Shown here: positions 1 to 10,474 of the stretch, one piece after another
Layout of the letters: every line of letters starts with the position of its first letter
Numbering within the stretch: position 1 is the stretch's first letter
Assembly: GCA_017458675.1 (NCBI GenBank)
Contig: JAFTAM010000016.1
Span: 15 to 64,014, forward strand
Origin: a bacterium
GTDB taxonomy: Bacteria; Vulcanimicrobiota; Xenobia; Xenobiales; Xenobiaceae
Direction of reading: 5' to 3'
Length of the DNA: 64,000 nt
Position numbers and translations under genes: made by a program
The notes under the pieces: model-generated
What the model saw: the letters and a program-made list of their open reading frames with translations, nothing else
Told to the model about the DNA's origin: nothing
The model's database searches: none

Positions 1-140
1 TTGCGCTGAAGCGAGCGTCCGAAGCGAAGCGCAGCCGCGGAGCGAAGTGCAGCCGCGGAGCGAAGTGCAAAACAAAACCGACATAGCGAAAACAAGCAAA
101 ACAGACATTTATTCAGATCCTTCGCTCAGGATGACAAAGG
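1..140. repeat. Partial copy (3' portion, cut by window edge) of the dispersed ~178-bp intergenic repeat family; ends ...cgctcaggatgacaaaggg
   Basis: Aligns by eye with 19230-19303 and with revcomp of 28238-28330 (gcagccgcggagcgaagtgcaaaacaaaaccgacatagcgaaaaca...cttcgctcag-atgaca). Confidence 0.5.
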
Positions 141-252
141 GAAAGCTCAGGACGGCAAAGCGCGGCGGCATAAAAAAAATCCTCTCATGCTCAATAAGAA
201 CATAAGAGGATTCTATCTTTGCAGACTCAGGCAAAAGGCGTTATTTGAGGCG

Positions 253-3200
253 TTATTTGATTACAACCTTGACGCCTTCGCTGCGTCCGAAGGTCTCCGG
301 AGAATACATCTCTTCGGCCTTGGCGGGCGGCACGACGAACGTGCCGGGCACCGTGGCTCTGAAGATGAAGGAGTAATCGTACTTGCCTGCGGGCAGAATC
401 AGGCGGAAGGCTTCCGCTCTCTCGTCGCGCAGGTTCTGATGGTCGAACCAGGTGGGTCTCCACCACCACCAGCATCTGAACTTTTGCTTCTCGGTTTCCG
501 GCAGGCTCTCGGTCATCTTCAAAGCGCCGTTGAGTATCTCGCCGCCGGCAGGGATAGGCACAACCAAAGCCACATGAGCGCGGCGGGCGGGAGCGACCAT
601 CTCTGTCTTGCAGCGGATGCGGGCGCCCAGATTGAACTTCCAGCTTCCGTCGGGCTGCTGAACGGCGTCCTTAGGATCGTCGACGCCTTCATAGGTGCGG
701 GCCACCGTGAAGCCGGCCTCCAAAGCCTTGGGCGCCAGATCCTTCAAAGCGTAGCTCAGACCCAGACGGTAATAGAGACGTCCCTGCCCCTGCTTGTCCA
801 GAATCATGTTGACGTTGTCGCCTACATAATTCATGGGCACGAAGGTCTCCTGATTGATATTCTGCCGACCCTTATACTGATGGGAGCCGACATACTGATC
901 GCCCAGCCACATTCTCAAAACGAAGTCGGGCGTCACCGATTCGTAAGTATTGAAATACTTATTTAAAGCCATGATCACATGGGCGTTGTTGTGGGTATTG
1001 CCCCAGTGGCCCCTGCGTCTGCCGCTCTGCAGCGTCTTGACGACCTTGGGAATGATATCGGCCTTGGGATTGTCGGCTATCAGAGCCGAGAGAACCAGAG
1101 CCTCAGACTTCATATCCGATTCCAGAATCAGATAGCCGTCGCTTTCGGTGAATTTTCCGATATTGGCGGTAGAAGCGGTCTCGGAAATGCTGTTGTTGAG
1201 AACCCGGCGTATCTCTTTGGCCAGAGCCTCGTCCTTCTCGCGGATTACCGGCAGATACCAGCCCAGGATATCGATAGGCAGATCGGCTATCTTCTCCCTC
1301 TTAAGCCTGGCGGCAGCCGCGGCGTAATCGACCTTTTCGGCCTGCCAGAGCACGTTGTCGGCATAGGCCTCAATGGTCAGCTTATAGAGGTGAGAATATC
1401 TGGAAGGGATATGCCTGTCAATGCTGCGCAGGTAGTCCATAGCCCGATCATAATTTTTCTGAGGCACATTATAGCCGTGCTTTTTGGCTATAATCAAAGA
1501 CTGCGCGCAGTGGACGGTGATATAAGGCAGAACGTCCTTGCCCTCGACCCAGATGCCGAAGCCGCCGGAACGGTCCTGACGGGTCAGCATTCTGTCGATA
1601 TCGCGCTGAGTCTGAGCTCTGACGTCCTTGGCAGAAGGCAGGTCCTTGGTCTTGAACTGGTCCAGCACCTCAAAGAGCTCTGAAGTGGCGATAATCTTGG
1701 AAGCCAGCTGCTCGGAACATTCAAAGGGATACTCGTAGAGGTAGATAACCGCGTCGACCAGTTCCTGCAGAGCCGTTGAGGACGTGGTGATCTCCATACC
1801 GCCGAACTGGGTATAGGCGTCCTTGGGACGGGATACCGGCTGCACCAGAGTCTTAGTACCGTCGCAGACGCCGTAAGTTGCAAAGCCTTCGGTGGTGCAG
1901 GGAGTATATACGGGAATCGTGCACTTGTGACTGTCGGCATAGCTTCCCGATACCGCGGCAATCTGAACCATGCCCTTGCCGACCTGATCGGCCTCCATGG
2001 GCAGACGCACCTCGCGGCGGCTGTCGGCGGGGATCTCGCAGACTACGCCGTTACCGGCGCAGAACTTAAGGTTGGAAGCGGCGGCGGCCACCTCGACCTG
2101 CATAGGCTTGTTGGTCTGGTTGTGGAGAATGACCGGCAGATCAAATTTGTCGCCGAAATTGAGGAATCGGGGCGCGTTGGGACGTACCATCAGAGGCAGA
2201 CAGGCGGTCAGAGAACTTTCGTCCTTGCCGAAGCGCGTCTCCTTGTCGGCGGCCACGGCCACGATCCGATAGCGGGTCAGATTGTCGGGCAGCTTGACGC
2301 TGAGACTTACTCTGCCGGCGCTGTCAGTTATGCCGGCCGCTTCAAACAGAGCCAGCGCGTCGAAATTGGAGCGCACCGCGATCGGAGCGCCGGGCCTCTG
2401 AGCTGCGGGAGCGGCCGCCGACTTCATAACGGCGCTTCTTTCTGCCTGCGGCATTGCCATGCCCTTAGCCGCGGGAGCGGCGTTCATCGCCATTCTCGGA
2501 GCTTCCATCGGCACGGCGCCGGCGCAGCATTCGTCCTCAACCATGTCGGCCGAATAGTTGGCGCCGCCCATCATGCTGTACATTCTGCGTTCAGAACCGA
2601 AGTTTAACCGGGAATTCTTTTCGCGCTTAGGCTTCTGATTGTTGAGAAGAACGGTCGATCTCAACAGGCCGGTACTGATGCTTCCGCTGCGGCTCAAATA
2701 GAAGCTGGGCAGAGGATCTGCAATCGCGTGGCCGCACAGAGCCCATACGGAATCGTCAACCACCACTACGGCTGTCTGAACGTCGGGAACGGGCTTGCCG
2801 CTGCAGTCCTTAACCTCGACGCTGATCTTTGCCGTATCGCCGGGACGCAGCTTGTCGTTGTCGGGGCGAACCTTTACATCGAGCTTCTTCTCTTTAAGAG
2901 AGACCTTAAGGTTCAGAGTACCTCTGGCGCAGGCCGGACGCACCGTGCCCTTAACAGGCTTGCCCTCCGCATCCAGACGCTCGCTCTGTCCGTTTACCGT
3001 TACGGTCAGATTGACGTTGGGAAGCCACTTGGGATCGATGGGAATCTGCAGCTCGGCGGTGCTGTCACTGATGCTCAGGGGCTCGTTTTTGACAAAGCCG
3101 TCGCGGGCCAGAGAGTACATTCCGCTCACGCCCTTGAAAGGCGACTGCACCAAGATCTTAGCGGTTTCGCCGGGTTCGTATTCGTCCTTATCGGGTATCA

Positions 3201-6200
3201 GAGTCAATTCTTCAATGGTGTTTCTGACATTTAAGGGCGAGGCAAAATTGCCTACGCAAAAGGTCCTGACCGTACGGTTGCGACGGCCGTCCTTGTCCTG
3301 AGTTTCCGCGGTCAGACGCCACAGGCCGGCCTTCGGGAAGGTGACGCTGCGCTTGATGGCCTTCGTCTCGGAAACGGCATTGTCCAGGAAGGACTCCATA
3401 ATCCTCTTGGCCAGCTTGCCTTCTCTGTCGTAGGAATATTCAAGGCGATCCCATTTCAGCCTGACGGGACGTCCCGCCGCCGCCTTGCCGCCGATATCGG
3501 CCACGATATATTCAATATCGTAGGGTTTATTTTCCGAATACCGGTAAATATCGGACTTGACGCCGATATAGACTTCGGAAGGATGGACCAGAATCGTCTT
3601 ATTGCAGGCCCAGCGCTGACGGTTGAGATCGGAAACGGCTCCCTCTATCTTTATATTCACCGGAGCCGGAGGCTCGCAGGTACCGAAGCTGATATTGAGG
3701 GTCGATTTGCCCATAGCGTCAGTGGCGCTGTTCAGAGAGTGGGAAACGCCTTCAAATTCTTCTTCCTCGATCCACCAGCAGCGCCAGATCGGCCGCCAGA
3801 TTCCGAAGGTAAAGCCGCGCCAGCCCGGAGGAGAGAAATACGCCTTGCCGGACTTAGCGTTCCAGGCGATCTCGGCATTGGAAACGCTGCCGCCGGAGAA
3901 ATAGGAAGCCTTAGCCGTAACCGAACCTTCCTTGCCCATAATGTTGTCGGGCTCCGAAGCGGTCGCGGTCACTTCAAATTCAGGCCGGCGGAATTCCTGA
4001 ACGTCAAAGCTGTGAGTATAGGAGTAATTGTTTACGCCGTTATCGCGGGGCAGCTCAAAGGTAACCCGGCTGGAGCCCAGATTGATGTTGTCCGGCAGAG
4101 CCAGTTCCAGAGAGAAGCCGCCATAAGCGTCGGTAGTCAGGCTGCCTTCGCTTATCTTGGCATATCGGGAGTCTTTCAATTCCCAGCGAACGCTCTGAGA
4201 CTCGCGCACCAGCCTGGCATTGTTTTCAGGACCGTAATTCAGACGGCCCAGCCAGCCCTTGATGCTGACCTTCTCATTGGGGCGGTAAAGACCGCGGTCG
4301 TTAAAGACGTACCAGAGGAAGCGGTCATTGGGGTCCTGTCTGGTAATACGATCGACGTTATAAACCGTATCTCCGTTATATGAAGCTTCGGCATAATAAT
4401 TGCGTCTGCCGTCGGCGCGGTTGTCCAAAACCGCTGCGCCGGTTTTATCGGTGACGGCCTTCTGTCCGGCCAGGCGGACTTCAGCGCCGGCCTGAGGCAG
4501 ACCGGTCTTTAAATTGGTGACGACGCCGTAAACATGGTCTCTGTCAACATAAGTGTCCAAAGCCAGGTTTGAAGACTGCAGCCAGAGACTCTTGCTGATC
4601 GTGCCGCCGCCGTCGCTGTCATACTCCAAAGCCAGCAGGGCCAGACTGCGGCCGTCCTTAACGGCTTCGGAAACATCGATCTCGGTCTGAGTCAGCTCGC
4701 CGGGTTTGCCGTCAATGCTAATAGTTTTGTACCAGACCTCTTTGCCTACGCCGGCATAATCCTTGAGCTTCTTAAACGAGCGCAGACGCCATTCATCGTT
4801 ATACTTTTCCCAATCGCTTATATCGGCCTTGAACAGCTTGGCTCTCAGCTTTTTAATATTGGCAGTATAGACGGAATAGACCTTATTGTTGTCGGGATCG
4901 AGCATATTGACGCCCGAGCCGGGAGCATACATATAAGGCTCCGGCGGTCCGACCTTAAACGTGAAGGAGCCGGACTTGCCTAACTTCTGACCGTAAATAT
5001 CGGTAATTCCCGGATTTAAGCGGACCGTGTAAGTCGTATTGCACTTAGTGTCGGCGTTAATAATAAATGTGCTGCCGGAGGCAGAGGGAACGACTTCTTT
5101 AGCCTCGGGCTTTATGGAAGCGACGTATTTGTCGGCAGGGAACTTGCTGATATCGAGCTGATTGTTGAATCTGAAGGCAAAACTGTCGTTTTCGCTCAGA
5201 TAATCTCTGCCCCAGCGCCCGCTGCCGTTGGTGTCGACAACCTCCAGAGGAGGATAGGTAGAGAAGGTATAGGACTGATCGGCCGCCGTTTTCCGCGGGC
5301 CCTCCGCCGATACCGCTCCGGCCTGCACTACTACGCTGTATTTGGTGTCAGGCTCCATGTCGGAGTCAAGCTTAAAGATAATATAGCGATCCGCCGGAAC
5401 GTCCTTCAGCTTGGATTTAATGGCGGAGGCTCCTTCAGCCTTGGAATCATCCAGATCCGCCAGTTTAAGCGCGCTGACCGCAAACTTCTTTTCTTTCAGG
5501 AAGCCGCTCTTGCCGACATAGACAAAGGGCTGCAGCTTTTTAGCGTCGACCCTTTGATTGAAAACCAGAGCAAAGACAGGACTCACTCCCGTGATCTGTC
5601 CCGCGGCAGGATACCTGTCAATGATCTTCAGAGTTTCGGTAGAGAAACTGAAGCTGTAGGCTTTATCTATCTTTTTGCCCAAGGCGTCCTGCAGATCGGC
5701 GTCTACGCTGACCGTATACTCGGTGGACATGGGCAGATACTGCCCCTCGGGATCAAATATCGCCGTCTTTGTGCCTAACCAGCGCCAGGTTCCTTTTACC
5801 TCGGGCTTAATCGAGGCCGGAGCATGAGCGCGGCTCTCCGCCACGCCCTGCAGGCTGATCATGGGCTTGCTGAAGGAGAGCGTCATTCCCTGAACCATGC
5901 CGACCTCGCCCTCGGGGCTGTAGCGTATCAGCGAAGAAGGTTCGCTGTCTCCCGCCGCAGCTTCGGGCAGAGCGTTGATGGCCTTCAGCTCTTCGGGATC
6001 CGGAAAAGGAACCTTGACGGTCTCGCCTCCCCGGGGAGCGGGCAGACTCTTTTCACGGACGTTGAAATCTTTGCTCAGGTCCTCGCTCGGAGGCAGAGGC
6101 GGCAGACGGTGCAGAATTTCTTCCGCCCTGCTGCCGGAAAGCTTCTGAGCGGCAGCCAGCTGAGTAAGCTTAGAAGTCGATCCGGCTTCCTCGCCCACAG

Positions 6201-6402
6201 AGAGAGTAAAATCGAACTGCTGTTCCTTTTCTTCCTCGATCTGGCCGTTTCCGCCGGTCTTTGATTTGTTGTCTTCCATTGATACCTCACCGCCGGAACC
6301 GGGTCCGGGCTCTTTTGAAAAAACCTTATGTACGTTAAGGCAGATTACCAGTACAAATACTGCCAATACTGCACATAAACCGTATATCAAACCGGATTTC
6401 AT
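253..6402 (-). CDS. Alpha-2-macroglobulin family protein (2049 aa), N-terminal signal/anchor, CxEQ thioester-type motif (YPFECSEQ)
   Basis: Six-frame ORF; size and domain order typical of bacterial A2M (MG domains; thioester-like CSEQ; C-terminal receptor-binding-like region); hydrophobic N-terminus MKSGLIYGLCAVLAVFVLVI; AAGGGGG RBS 8 nt upstream of ATG. Confidence 0.85.
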   Translation of the reverse strand: MKSGLIYGLCAVLAVFVLVICLNVHKVFSKEPGPGSGGEVSMEDNKSKTGGNGQIEEEKEQQFDFTLSVGEEAGSTSKLTQLAAAQKLSGSRAEEILHRLPPLPPSEDLSKDFNVREKSLPAPRGGETVKVPFPDPEELKAINALPEAAAGDSEPSSLIRYSPEGEVGMVQGMTLSFSKPMISLQGVAESRAHAPASIKPEVKGTWRWLGTKTAIFDPEGQYLPMSTEYTVSVDADLQDALGKKIDKAYSFSFSTETLKIIDRYPAAGQITGVSPVFALVFNQRVDAKKLQPFVYVGKSGFLKEKKFAVSALKLADLDDSKAEGASAIKSKLKDVPADRYIIFKLDSDMEPDTKYSVVVQAGAVSAEGPRKTAADQSYTFSTYPPLEVVDTNGSGRWGRDYLSENDSFAFRFNNQLDISKFPADKYVASIKPEAKEVVPSASGSTFIINADTKCNTTYTVRLNPGITDIYGQKLGKSGSFTFKVGPPEPYMYAPGSGVNMLDPDNNKVYSVYTANIKKLRAKLFKADISDWEKYNDEWRLRSFKKLKDYAGVGKEVWYKTISIDGKPGELTQTEIDVSEAVKDGRSLALLALEYDSDGGGTISKSLWLQSSNLALDTYVDRDHVYGVVTNLKTGLPQAGAEVRLAGQKAVTDKTGAAVLDNRADGRRNYYAEASYNGDTVYNVDRITRQDPNDRFLWYVFNDRGLYRPNEKVSIKGWLGRLNYGPENNARLVRESQSVRWELKDSRYAKISEGSLTTDAYGGFSLELALPDNINLGSSRVTFELPRDNGVNNYSYTHSFDVQEFRRPEFEVTATASEPDNIMGKEGSVTAKASYFSGGSVSNAEIAWNAKSGKAYFSPPGWRGFTFGIWRPIWRCWWIEEEEFEGVSHSLNSATDAMGKSTLNISFGTCEPPAPVNIKIEGAVSDLNRQRWACNKTILVHPSEVYIGVKSDIYRYSENKPYDIEYIVADIGGKAAAGRPVRLKWDRLEYSYDREGKLAKRIMESFLDNAVSETKAIKRSVTFPKAGLWRLTAETQDKDGRRNRTVRTFCVGNFASPLNVRNTIEELTLIPDKDEYEPGETAKILVQSPFKGVSGMYSLARDGFVKNEPLSISDSTAELQIPIDPKWLPNVNLTVTVNGQSERLDAEGKPVKGTVRPACARGTLNLKVSLKEKKLDVKVRPDNDKLRPGDTAKISVEVKDCSGKPVPDVQTAVVVVDDSVWALCGHAIADPLPSFYLSRSGSISTGLLRSTVLLNNQKPKREKNSRLNFGSERRMYSMMGGANYSADMVEDECCAGAVPMEAPRMAMNAAPAAKGMAMPQAERSAVMKSAAAPAAQRPGAPIAVRSNFDALALFEAAGITDSAGRVSLSVKLPDNLTRYRIVAVAADKETRFGKDESSLTACLPLMVRPNAPRFLNFGDKFDLPVILHNQTNKPMQVEVAAAASNLKFCAGNGVVCEIPADSRREVRLPMEADQVGKGMVQIAAVSGSYADSHKCTIPVYTPCTTEGFATYGVCDGTKTLVQPVSRPKDAYTQFGGMEITTSSTALQELVDAVIYLYEYPFECSEQLASKIIATSELFEVLDQFKTKDLPSAKDVRAQTQRDIDRMLTRQDRSGGFGIWVEGKDVLPYITVHCAQSLIIAKKHGYNVPQKNYDRAMDYLRSIDRHIPSRYSHLYKLTIEAYADNVLWQAEKVDYAAAAARLKREKIADLPIDILGWYLPVIREKDEALAKEIRRVLNNSISETASTANIGKFTESDGYLILESDMKSEALVLSALIADNPKADIIPKVVKTLQSGRRRGHWGNTHNNAHVIMALNKYFNTYESVTPDFVLRMWLGDQYVGSHQYKGRQNINQETFVPMNYVGDNVNMILDKQGQGRLYYRLGLSYALKDLAPKALEAGFTVARTYEGVDDPKDAVQQPDGSWKFNLGARIRCKTEMVAPARRAHVALVVPIPAGGEILNGALKMTESLPETEKQKFRCWWWWRPTWFDHQNLRDERAEAFRLILPAGKYDYSFIFRATVPGTFVVPPAKAEEMYSPETFGRSEGVKVVIK

Positions 6403-6527
6403 AGTATTCCCCCTTTCTTATAAAAATAGTTTTACAGCTATTAAATACAATTTAAAGCAATAATTCCTTAAAATTTTAAGAAAAGCATTTAAAATGCTCA
6501 CTATAGTTTATTTTAACATAAAATGGC

Positions 6528-6590
6528 GCGCTTATGCGAAAAACAGCAGAATGCGGAGGCAAGATTCAACCCTGCGCTCAGAATGACATT
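6528..6590. repeat. Short fragment (3' ~60 bp) of the intergenic repeat family upstream of the A2M gene
   Basis: gcgaaaaacagcagaatgcgg...cctgcgctcagaatgacatt matches 3' end of element at 19245-19303. Confidence 0.35.
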
Positions 6591-6675
6591 AAGCCGGCTT
6601 GGAACGGCATCGGCCGGGCCAAGACTTTAAGTGAGAATCCGAGAATGAGCAGCCGCTTCAAAACACCGCAAATGT

Positions 6676-6707
6676 AAAAAGGCTGCCGCATATCCGCCGC
6701 GGCAGCC
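6676..6707 (-). terminator. Rho-independent terminator of the TGS/uridine-kinase-like gene
   Basis: Perfect 9-bp stem ggctgccgc/gcggcagcc (6681-6689 / 6699-6707) followed on minus strand by TTTTTAC. Confidence 0.6.
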
Positions 6708-6727
6708 TTAAAAGCTCAGATCAACAA

Positions 6728-8410
6728 CTAATATTTGTAGATGCTTCCGCCCAGGAATTCGCGCAGAACCGAATTTTTAGGAATCCATTCGTCGCTCATG
6801 GGCACCACCAGTGAGAGGAAGCGGAGCATATCCCGAGCCATGAGATAGGCCGGGCTGTCCTCATTAACTTCCATAAGATACTGCCAGCCGAAGACGCGGA
6901 ATACGGCTAATTCATAAGGCAGGGCCGAATTGAACATGGCGTCGGCCAGATGCTGATAGGGGAAGATATATTTATTCTCGCCCTTGCGTACGCTGGGCCA
7001 GCGTTTAATAGTGCTTTCCGCACTGACGCCGCGGTAGCGCCGGTCGCGGATAATTCTGCGCAGCAGACGGGCATAGGTGGTCGGCACGCGGGCGCCGAAG
7101 TCCAGATTTACCTGGGGCAGAGCGCTGACGAAAACAGAATAGGCGTTGGCCTTATCCACCGCCCCGGTTATTGCAGGATTAAGACCGTGAATTCCCTCAA
7201 TGAGCAAAATCTGATCCTCGCCGATCTGCATTTCGGTTTCCTGCTCCTTGGGAACGGGGCGCTGAGTCACAAAATCATAGTGAGGAATCGACGTAACTTT
7301 CCCTTCCACCAGAGAGCGCAGATCGCGTTTAATGCGCTCTACGTCCAGAGCCTCCAGAGCTTCGAAATCGTATTCGCCGTTTTCATCCTTGGGGCACTGT
7401 TCGGCGGGAATGTAGTAATCGTCCAGACCTACATAAATGGTTTCTTTGCCCATGGCCTTCAGATGAGTGGAAAGACGCCGGACCGTACTGGTCTTGCCTG
7501 AGCTGGAAGGACCGGAAACGAAAACGACCTTGACCGTTTCCCGTTTGATAATTTCAGAAGCGATCTGGGCAATGCAGATCTCCTGCAGGGTTTCAGACAC
7601 CTGTACCAGATCCTGGCCGCCTCCGTCTAAAATAACCTTGTTCAGCTTGCCGACCGTGCCCACCGACATGCGCTTATTCCAAGTTCTAGCCTGTTTGGCC
7701 GCTCCCAGCATAAAGTCCTTAAGCTCCTTTGCGGGCAGTTCTTTGCCTTCTTCGGTTATCAATATGCCTTCGGGAATGCCGACAATTTTAATTCCCTTCA
7801 GGAAACCGGCGTTAGGAACAAAGGGACCGTAAGCTAAATCGGTATAATCGCCGATGGTCACCGTGCCAAAGCTGTCGCCTACCCAGCCGTGCATGAGCTG
7901 ACGCCGATCGCCTTCAGGATCCTCAACCATACGCAGCGCAGCGGCGGCAGAAATAGCATGAGTCACCATAGGAACGCACTGAAAGATCATCTGCTGATAC
8001 TGCTCGTTAAGCTTTTCACCTAAAGCTACCGTATCGCCGCCGCCTTTTACCTCAAAGAAAAGCTGACTGTGCAGAGACTGGCCGACCTCCAGGCGCATAT
8101 TGGGATCGACCGCCTTAGCCGCGGCAAAAAGCAGAGCAGATGCGCTGCGCGTGATGATATGGCGTCCAAAATAATTATCTTTCAAAATCGGCTTGGCGAC
8201 GCAGCTGCAGACTACCCTATGAGTGAGATTTACCACCTGGTGGTCGACAACGGCTCCGACTATTCCCTTTTGAGCGGCAGCTTTAAAATAATCCTGCTGA
8301 GAGCTGTCAGGCCCAAGTTCGGCTCCGGTCTCAGCTATCAGAGGCATGTATATACCCCTTCCGTATTCTATTTCCCGGATACCGTTGGGTAAGGTCACTT
8401 GGCATAACAT
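6728..8410 (-). CDS. Uridine kinase/phosphoribulokinase-family P-loop nucleoside kinase with N-terminal TGS-like domain
   Basis: Walker A FVSGPSSSGKTST; N-terminal QVTLPNGIREIEYGRG resembles ThrRS/TGS fold; 560 aa as in the known TGS+PRK fusion family. Confidence 0.7.
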   Translation of the reverse strand: MLCQVTLPNGIREIEYGRGIYMPLIAETGAELGPDSSQQDYFKAAAQKGIVGAVVDHQVVNLTHRVVCSCVAKPILKDNYFGRHIITRSASALLFAAAKAVDPNMRLEVGQSLHSQLFFEVKGGGDTVALGEKLNEQYQQMIFQCVPMVTHAISAAAALRMVEDPEGDRRQLMHGWVGDSFGTVTIGDYTDLAYGPFVPNAGFLKGIKIVGIPEGILITEEGKELPAKELKDFMLGAAKQARTWNKRMSVGTVGKLNKVILDGGGQDLVQVSETLQEICIAQIASEIIKRETVKVVFVSGPSSSGKTSTVRRLSTHLKAMGKETIYVGLDDYYIPAEQCPKDENGEYDFEALEALDVERIKRDLRSLVEGKVTSIPHYDFVTQRPVPKEQETEMQIGEDQILLIEGIHGLNPAITGAVDKANAYSVFVSALPQVNLDFGARVPTTYARLLRRIIRDRRYRGVSAESTIKRWPSVRKGENKYIFPYQHLADAMFNSALPYELAVFRVFGWQYLMEVNEDSPAYLMARDMLRFLSLVVPMSDEWIPKNSVLREFLGGSIYKY

Positions 8411-8441
8411 ATCGGCTCACCTCGCTGATTAAAAGATATCT

Positions 8442-10385
8442 TTAAGGGGTTCTTCGCCTTCCTCTCCTCCCCCTTGCACTATCTGCAATTTTTGCAGTTT
8501 TCCGTTCCTTCCCCTGAGCGAAGGAGCGCTTAGCTCTGCGTTCGCTCAAAAAACCTGAATTTTTACGGCGTCTTTCAGAAGCGCCGTTTTTCGCCTTAAC
8601 GCGTCCCTTATGCTCTCTGCCGCCCGGAGTATTGCTTCGCTCCCGGCTTTCCTCGTTTTTTTTAGCTTTATTGCCTCCGACGGAACCTTTTCCGTCCTCC
8701 AACGACATAACTTTGGCTTTAGCGGGAGAAATCAACCGCGCCTTTATCGGTTTTCCGCCGCCGCGGCTGTTCTTCAGTCCCTCCAAAACCGCGGCGGCCG
8801 CGTCTGTGGGGACCTCTGCGAAGGAGGTATGACTGCGGATTTCAATTTCGCCTATATCCGCCTTGGCCAGACCGGCAGCCTCGCTGCAGAGCTTCAGAAC
8901 CGAACCGACCGTGCAGCCGTCGTGCTTTCCGACGCTCAGCTGAATAAAGCTCATGCCCAGGCTTTCCGAAGCGGCAATTTTATCGGCCAGCCTGCGCAGC
9001 AGTTTATTGCTTTCTGCTTTAGATTCCCTTCTGCGTTCCGGGACAGGCACGTCCCAGCCGGATTCAAACACCGCCCGGGCCTGAGGCAGCAGGCTCAAAG
9101 CTGCGGCCAGCGCCTCATTGGGGCCCAGATAGGCCAGCAGTTCCGAAGCCAAAAGCACATATTTATCGTTTTCGTCGTAGGAAATATGCTCGCTCACATA
9201 TTTATGAAACTGTTCCCTGAGCCTGCGGCGAACGTCTTCGGCTTGGGGCAGAGTGCAGAACTGCGGACGCAGGCCGGCCCGGCTGAGCAGACGCTGCAGA
9301 TGAAGCGTCTCTCTTCCGGAGGCAAAGGTTATAGCCTTGCCGGTCCGGCCGGCCCGACCGGTGCGCCCGACCCTATGGATATAGGTCTCCGTATTCTGAG
9401 GAACGCCCATGTTGAATACATGGGTGACGCCCTGCACGTCCAATCCCCGGGCCGCCACATCGGTTGCAATTAAATATTTAAAATTGCCGGACCGGAAACA
9501 GTTTAAGGTTCTGGTACGCTCCGCCTGAGCCATATCTCCGTGCAGAGACAGTACATTTACGCCCATCCCGATAAGCTCCTGTGCCGTTTCATCGGTTTCA
9601 GCTTTCGTGTGACAAAAAATAATCGCCGACTGAGGTTCTTCGACGCAGAGCAGATTGGCCAGCGCCTTGAGCCGATAGGGCTTGGCGACCTCATAAGCTT
9701 CATGCCTGATATCCTTGGCCGCCGCCAGACCGATACTGACAGAGATGCGCCTGCTGTTATGCAGGGTTTTCGAGGCCAGCTCCTCCATTTCCGGCGGCAG
9801 CGTCGCCGAAAACAGCAGACTCTGACGTCCCTCCGGCAGGGCGGCTAAAATTCTGTCGAGTTCCTCGGCAAAGCCCATATCCAGAATTTCATCGGCCTCA
9901 TCCAGTACTAAAACCCGGCACTCGGACAGGTCCAGGCTGCCGCGCTCCAGATGATCGAGCAGACGTCCGGGAGTGCCCACAATTATCGCTGGTTCCGCCT
10001 TCAGGGCCCGCAGCTGCTCGGCATAGCCGCCGCCTCCGTAAAGCAGAGCGGTCCTTGCCTCCAGGGAGACAAAGACCTTGGCCACCTGCATGGCCAGCTC
10101 TCGGGTAGGCAGTACTATCAGAACCGACCCCGGTCTTTCATTGCGCTCATCGTTGAGCAGCGGCAGGGCAAAAGCCAGCGTTTTTCCCGTACCCGTACAG
10201 GACTGCACCAGCAAATCGCGTCCGCTCACAATATCTTCCCAGCAGTCTTGCTGCACCTGGGTGGGCATTCTGTAGTCCAGAGCGCCCAGACGTTCCTGCA
10301 GCCTGCCGCGCAGAGGCCACTCTGTAAAAGGAATCAAATCCATAAAATACTCCGCTGAACACAAAAACGGCGTCCGAGTCAGCAT
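8442..10385 (-). CDS. DEAD-box ATP-dependent RNA helicase (DeaD/CsdA-like) with C-terminal DbpA-type RNA-binding domain and basic RG-rich tail
   Basis: Motifs PTQVQ (Q), CTGTGKT (I), VLDEAD (II), SAT (III), HRVGRTGRAGRTG (VI); alternative start at M15 (10343) also has GGAG RBS. Confidence 0.9.
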   Translation of the reverse strand: MLTRTPFLCSAEYFMDLIPFTEWPLRGRLQERLGALDYRMPTQVQQDCWEDIVSGRDLLVQSCTGTGKTLAFALPLLNDERNERPGSVLIVLPTRELAMQVAKVFVSLEARTALLYGGGGYAEQLRALKAEPAIIVGTPGRLLDHLERGSLDLSECRVLVLDEADEILDMGFAEELDRILAALPEGRQSLLFSATLPPEMEELASKTLHNSRRISVSIGLAAAKDIRHEAYEVAKPYRLKALANLLCVEEPQSAIIFCHTKAETDETAQELIGMGVNVLSLHGDMAQAERTRTLNCFRSGNFKYLIATDVAARGLDVQGVTHVFNMGVPQNTETYIHRVGRTGRAGRTGKAITFASGRETLHLQRLLSRAGLRPQFCTLPQAEDVRRRLREQFHKYVSEHISYDENDKYVLLASELLAYLGPNEALAAALSLLPQARAVFESGWDVPVPERRRESKAESNKLLRRLADKIAASESLGMSFIQLSVGKHDGCTVGSVLKLCSEAAGLAKADIGEIEIRSHTSFAEVPTDAAAAVLEGLKNSRGGGKPIKARLISPAKAKVMSLEDGKGSVGGNKAKKNEESRERSNTPGGREHKGRVKAKNGASERRRKNSGFLSERRAKRSFAQGKERKTAKIADSARGRRGRRRTP

Positions 10386-10474
10386 ATGCAGCTCCGCCGC
10401 CGTCTCAATTATTTATACGTTTAAAAGCAGGCCCGCTTCAAAACGCGGGCAGACCGCCGCACGGAAACCCGCCG

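Noticed and set aside
187-966. 259-aa plus-strand ORF at the left end
   Set aside because: Lies entirely antisense within the 3' end of the well-supported 2049-aa A2M gene; no RBS or domain.
979-6264. Multiple 60-340 aa ORFs (e.g. 979-1683, 1927-2607, 2728-3301, 3583-4383, 5824-6264) on the plus strand
   Set aside because: All are antisense shadow ORFs inside the A2M coding region, typical of high-GC DNA.
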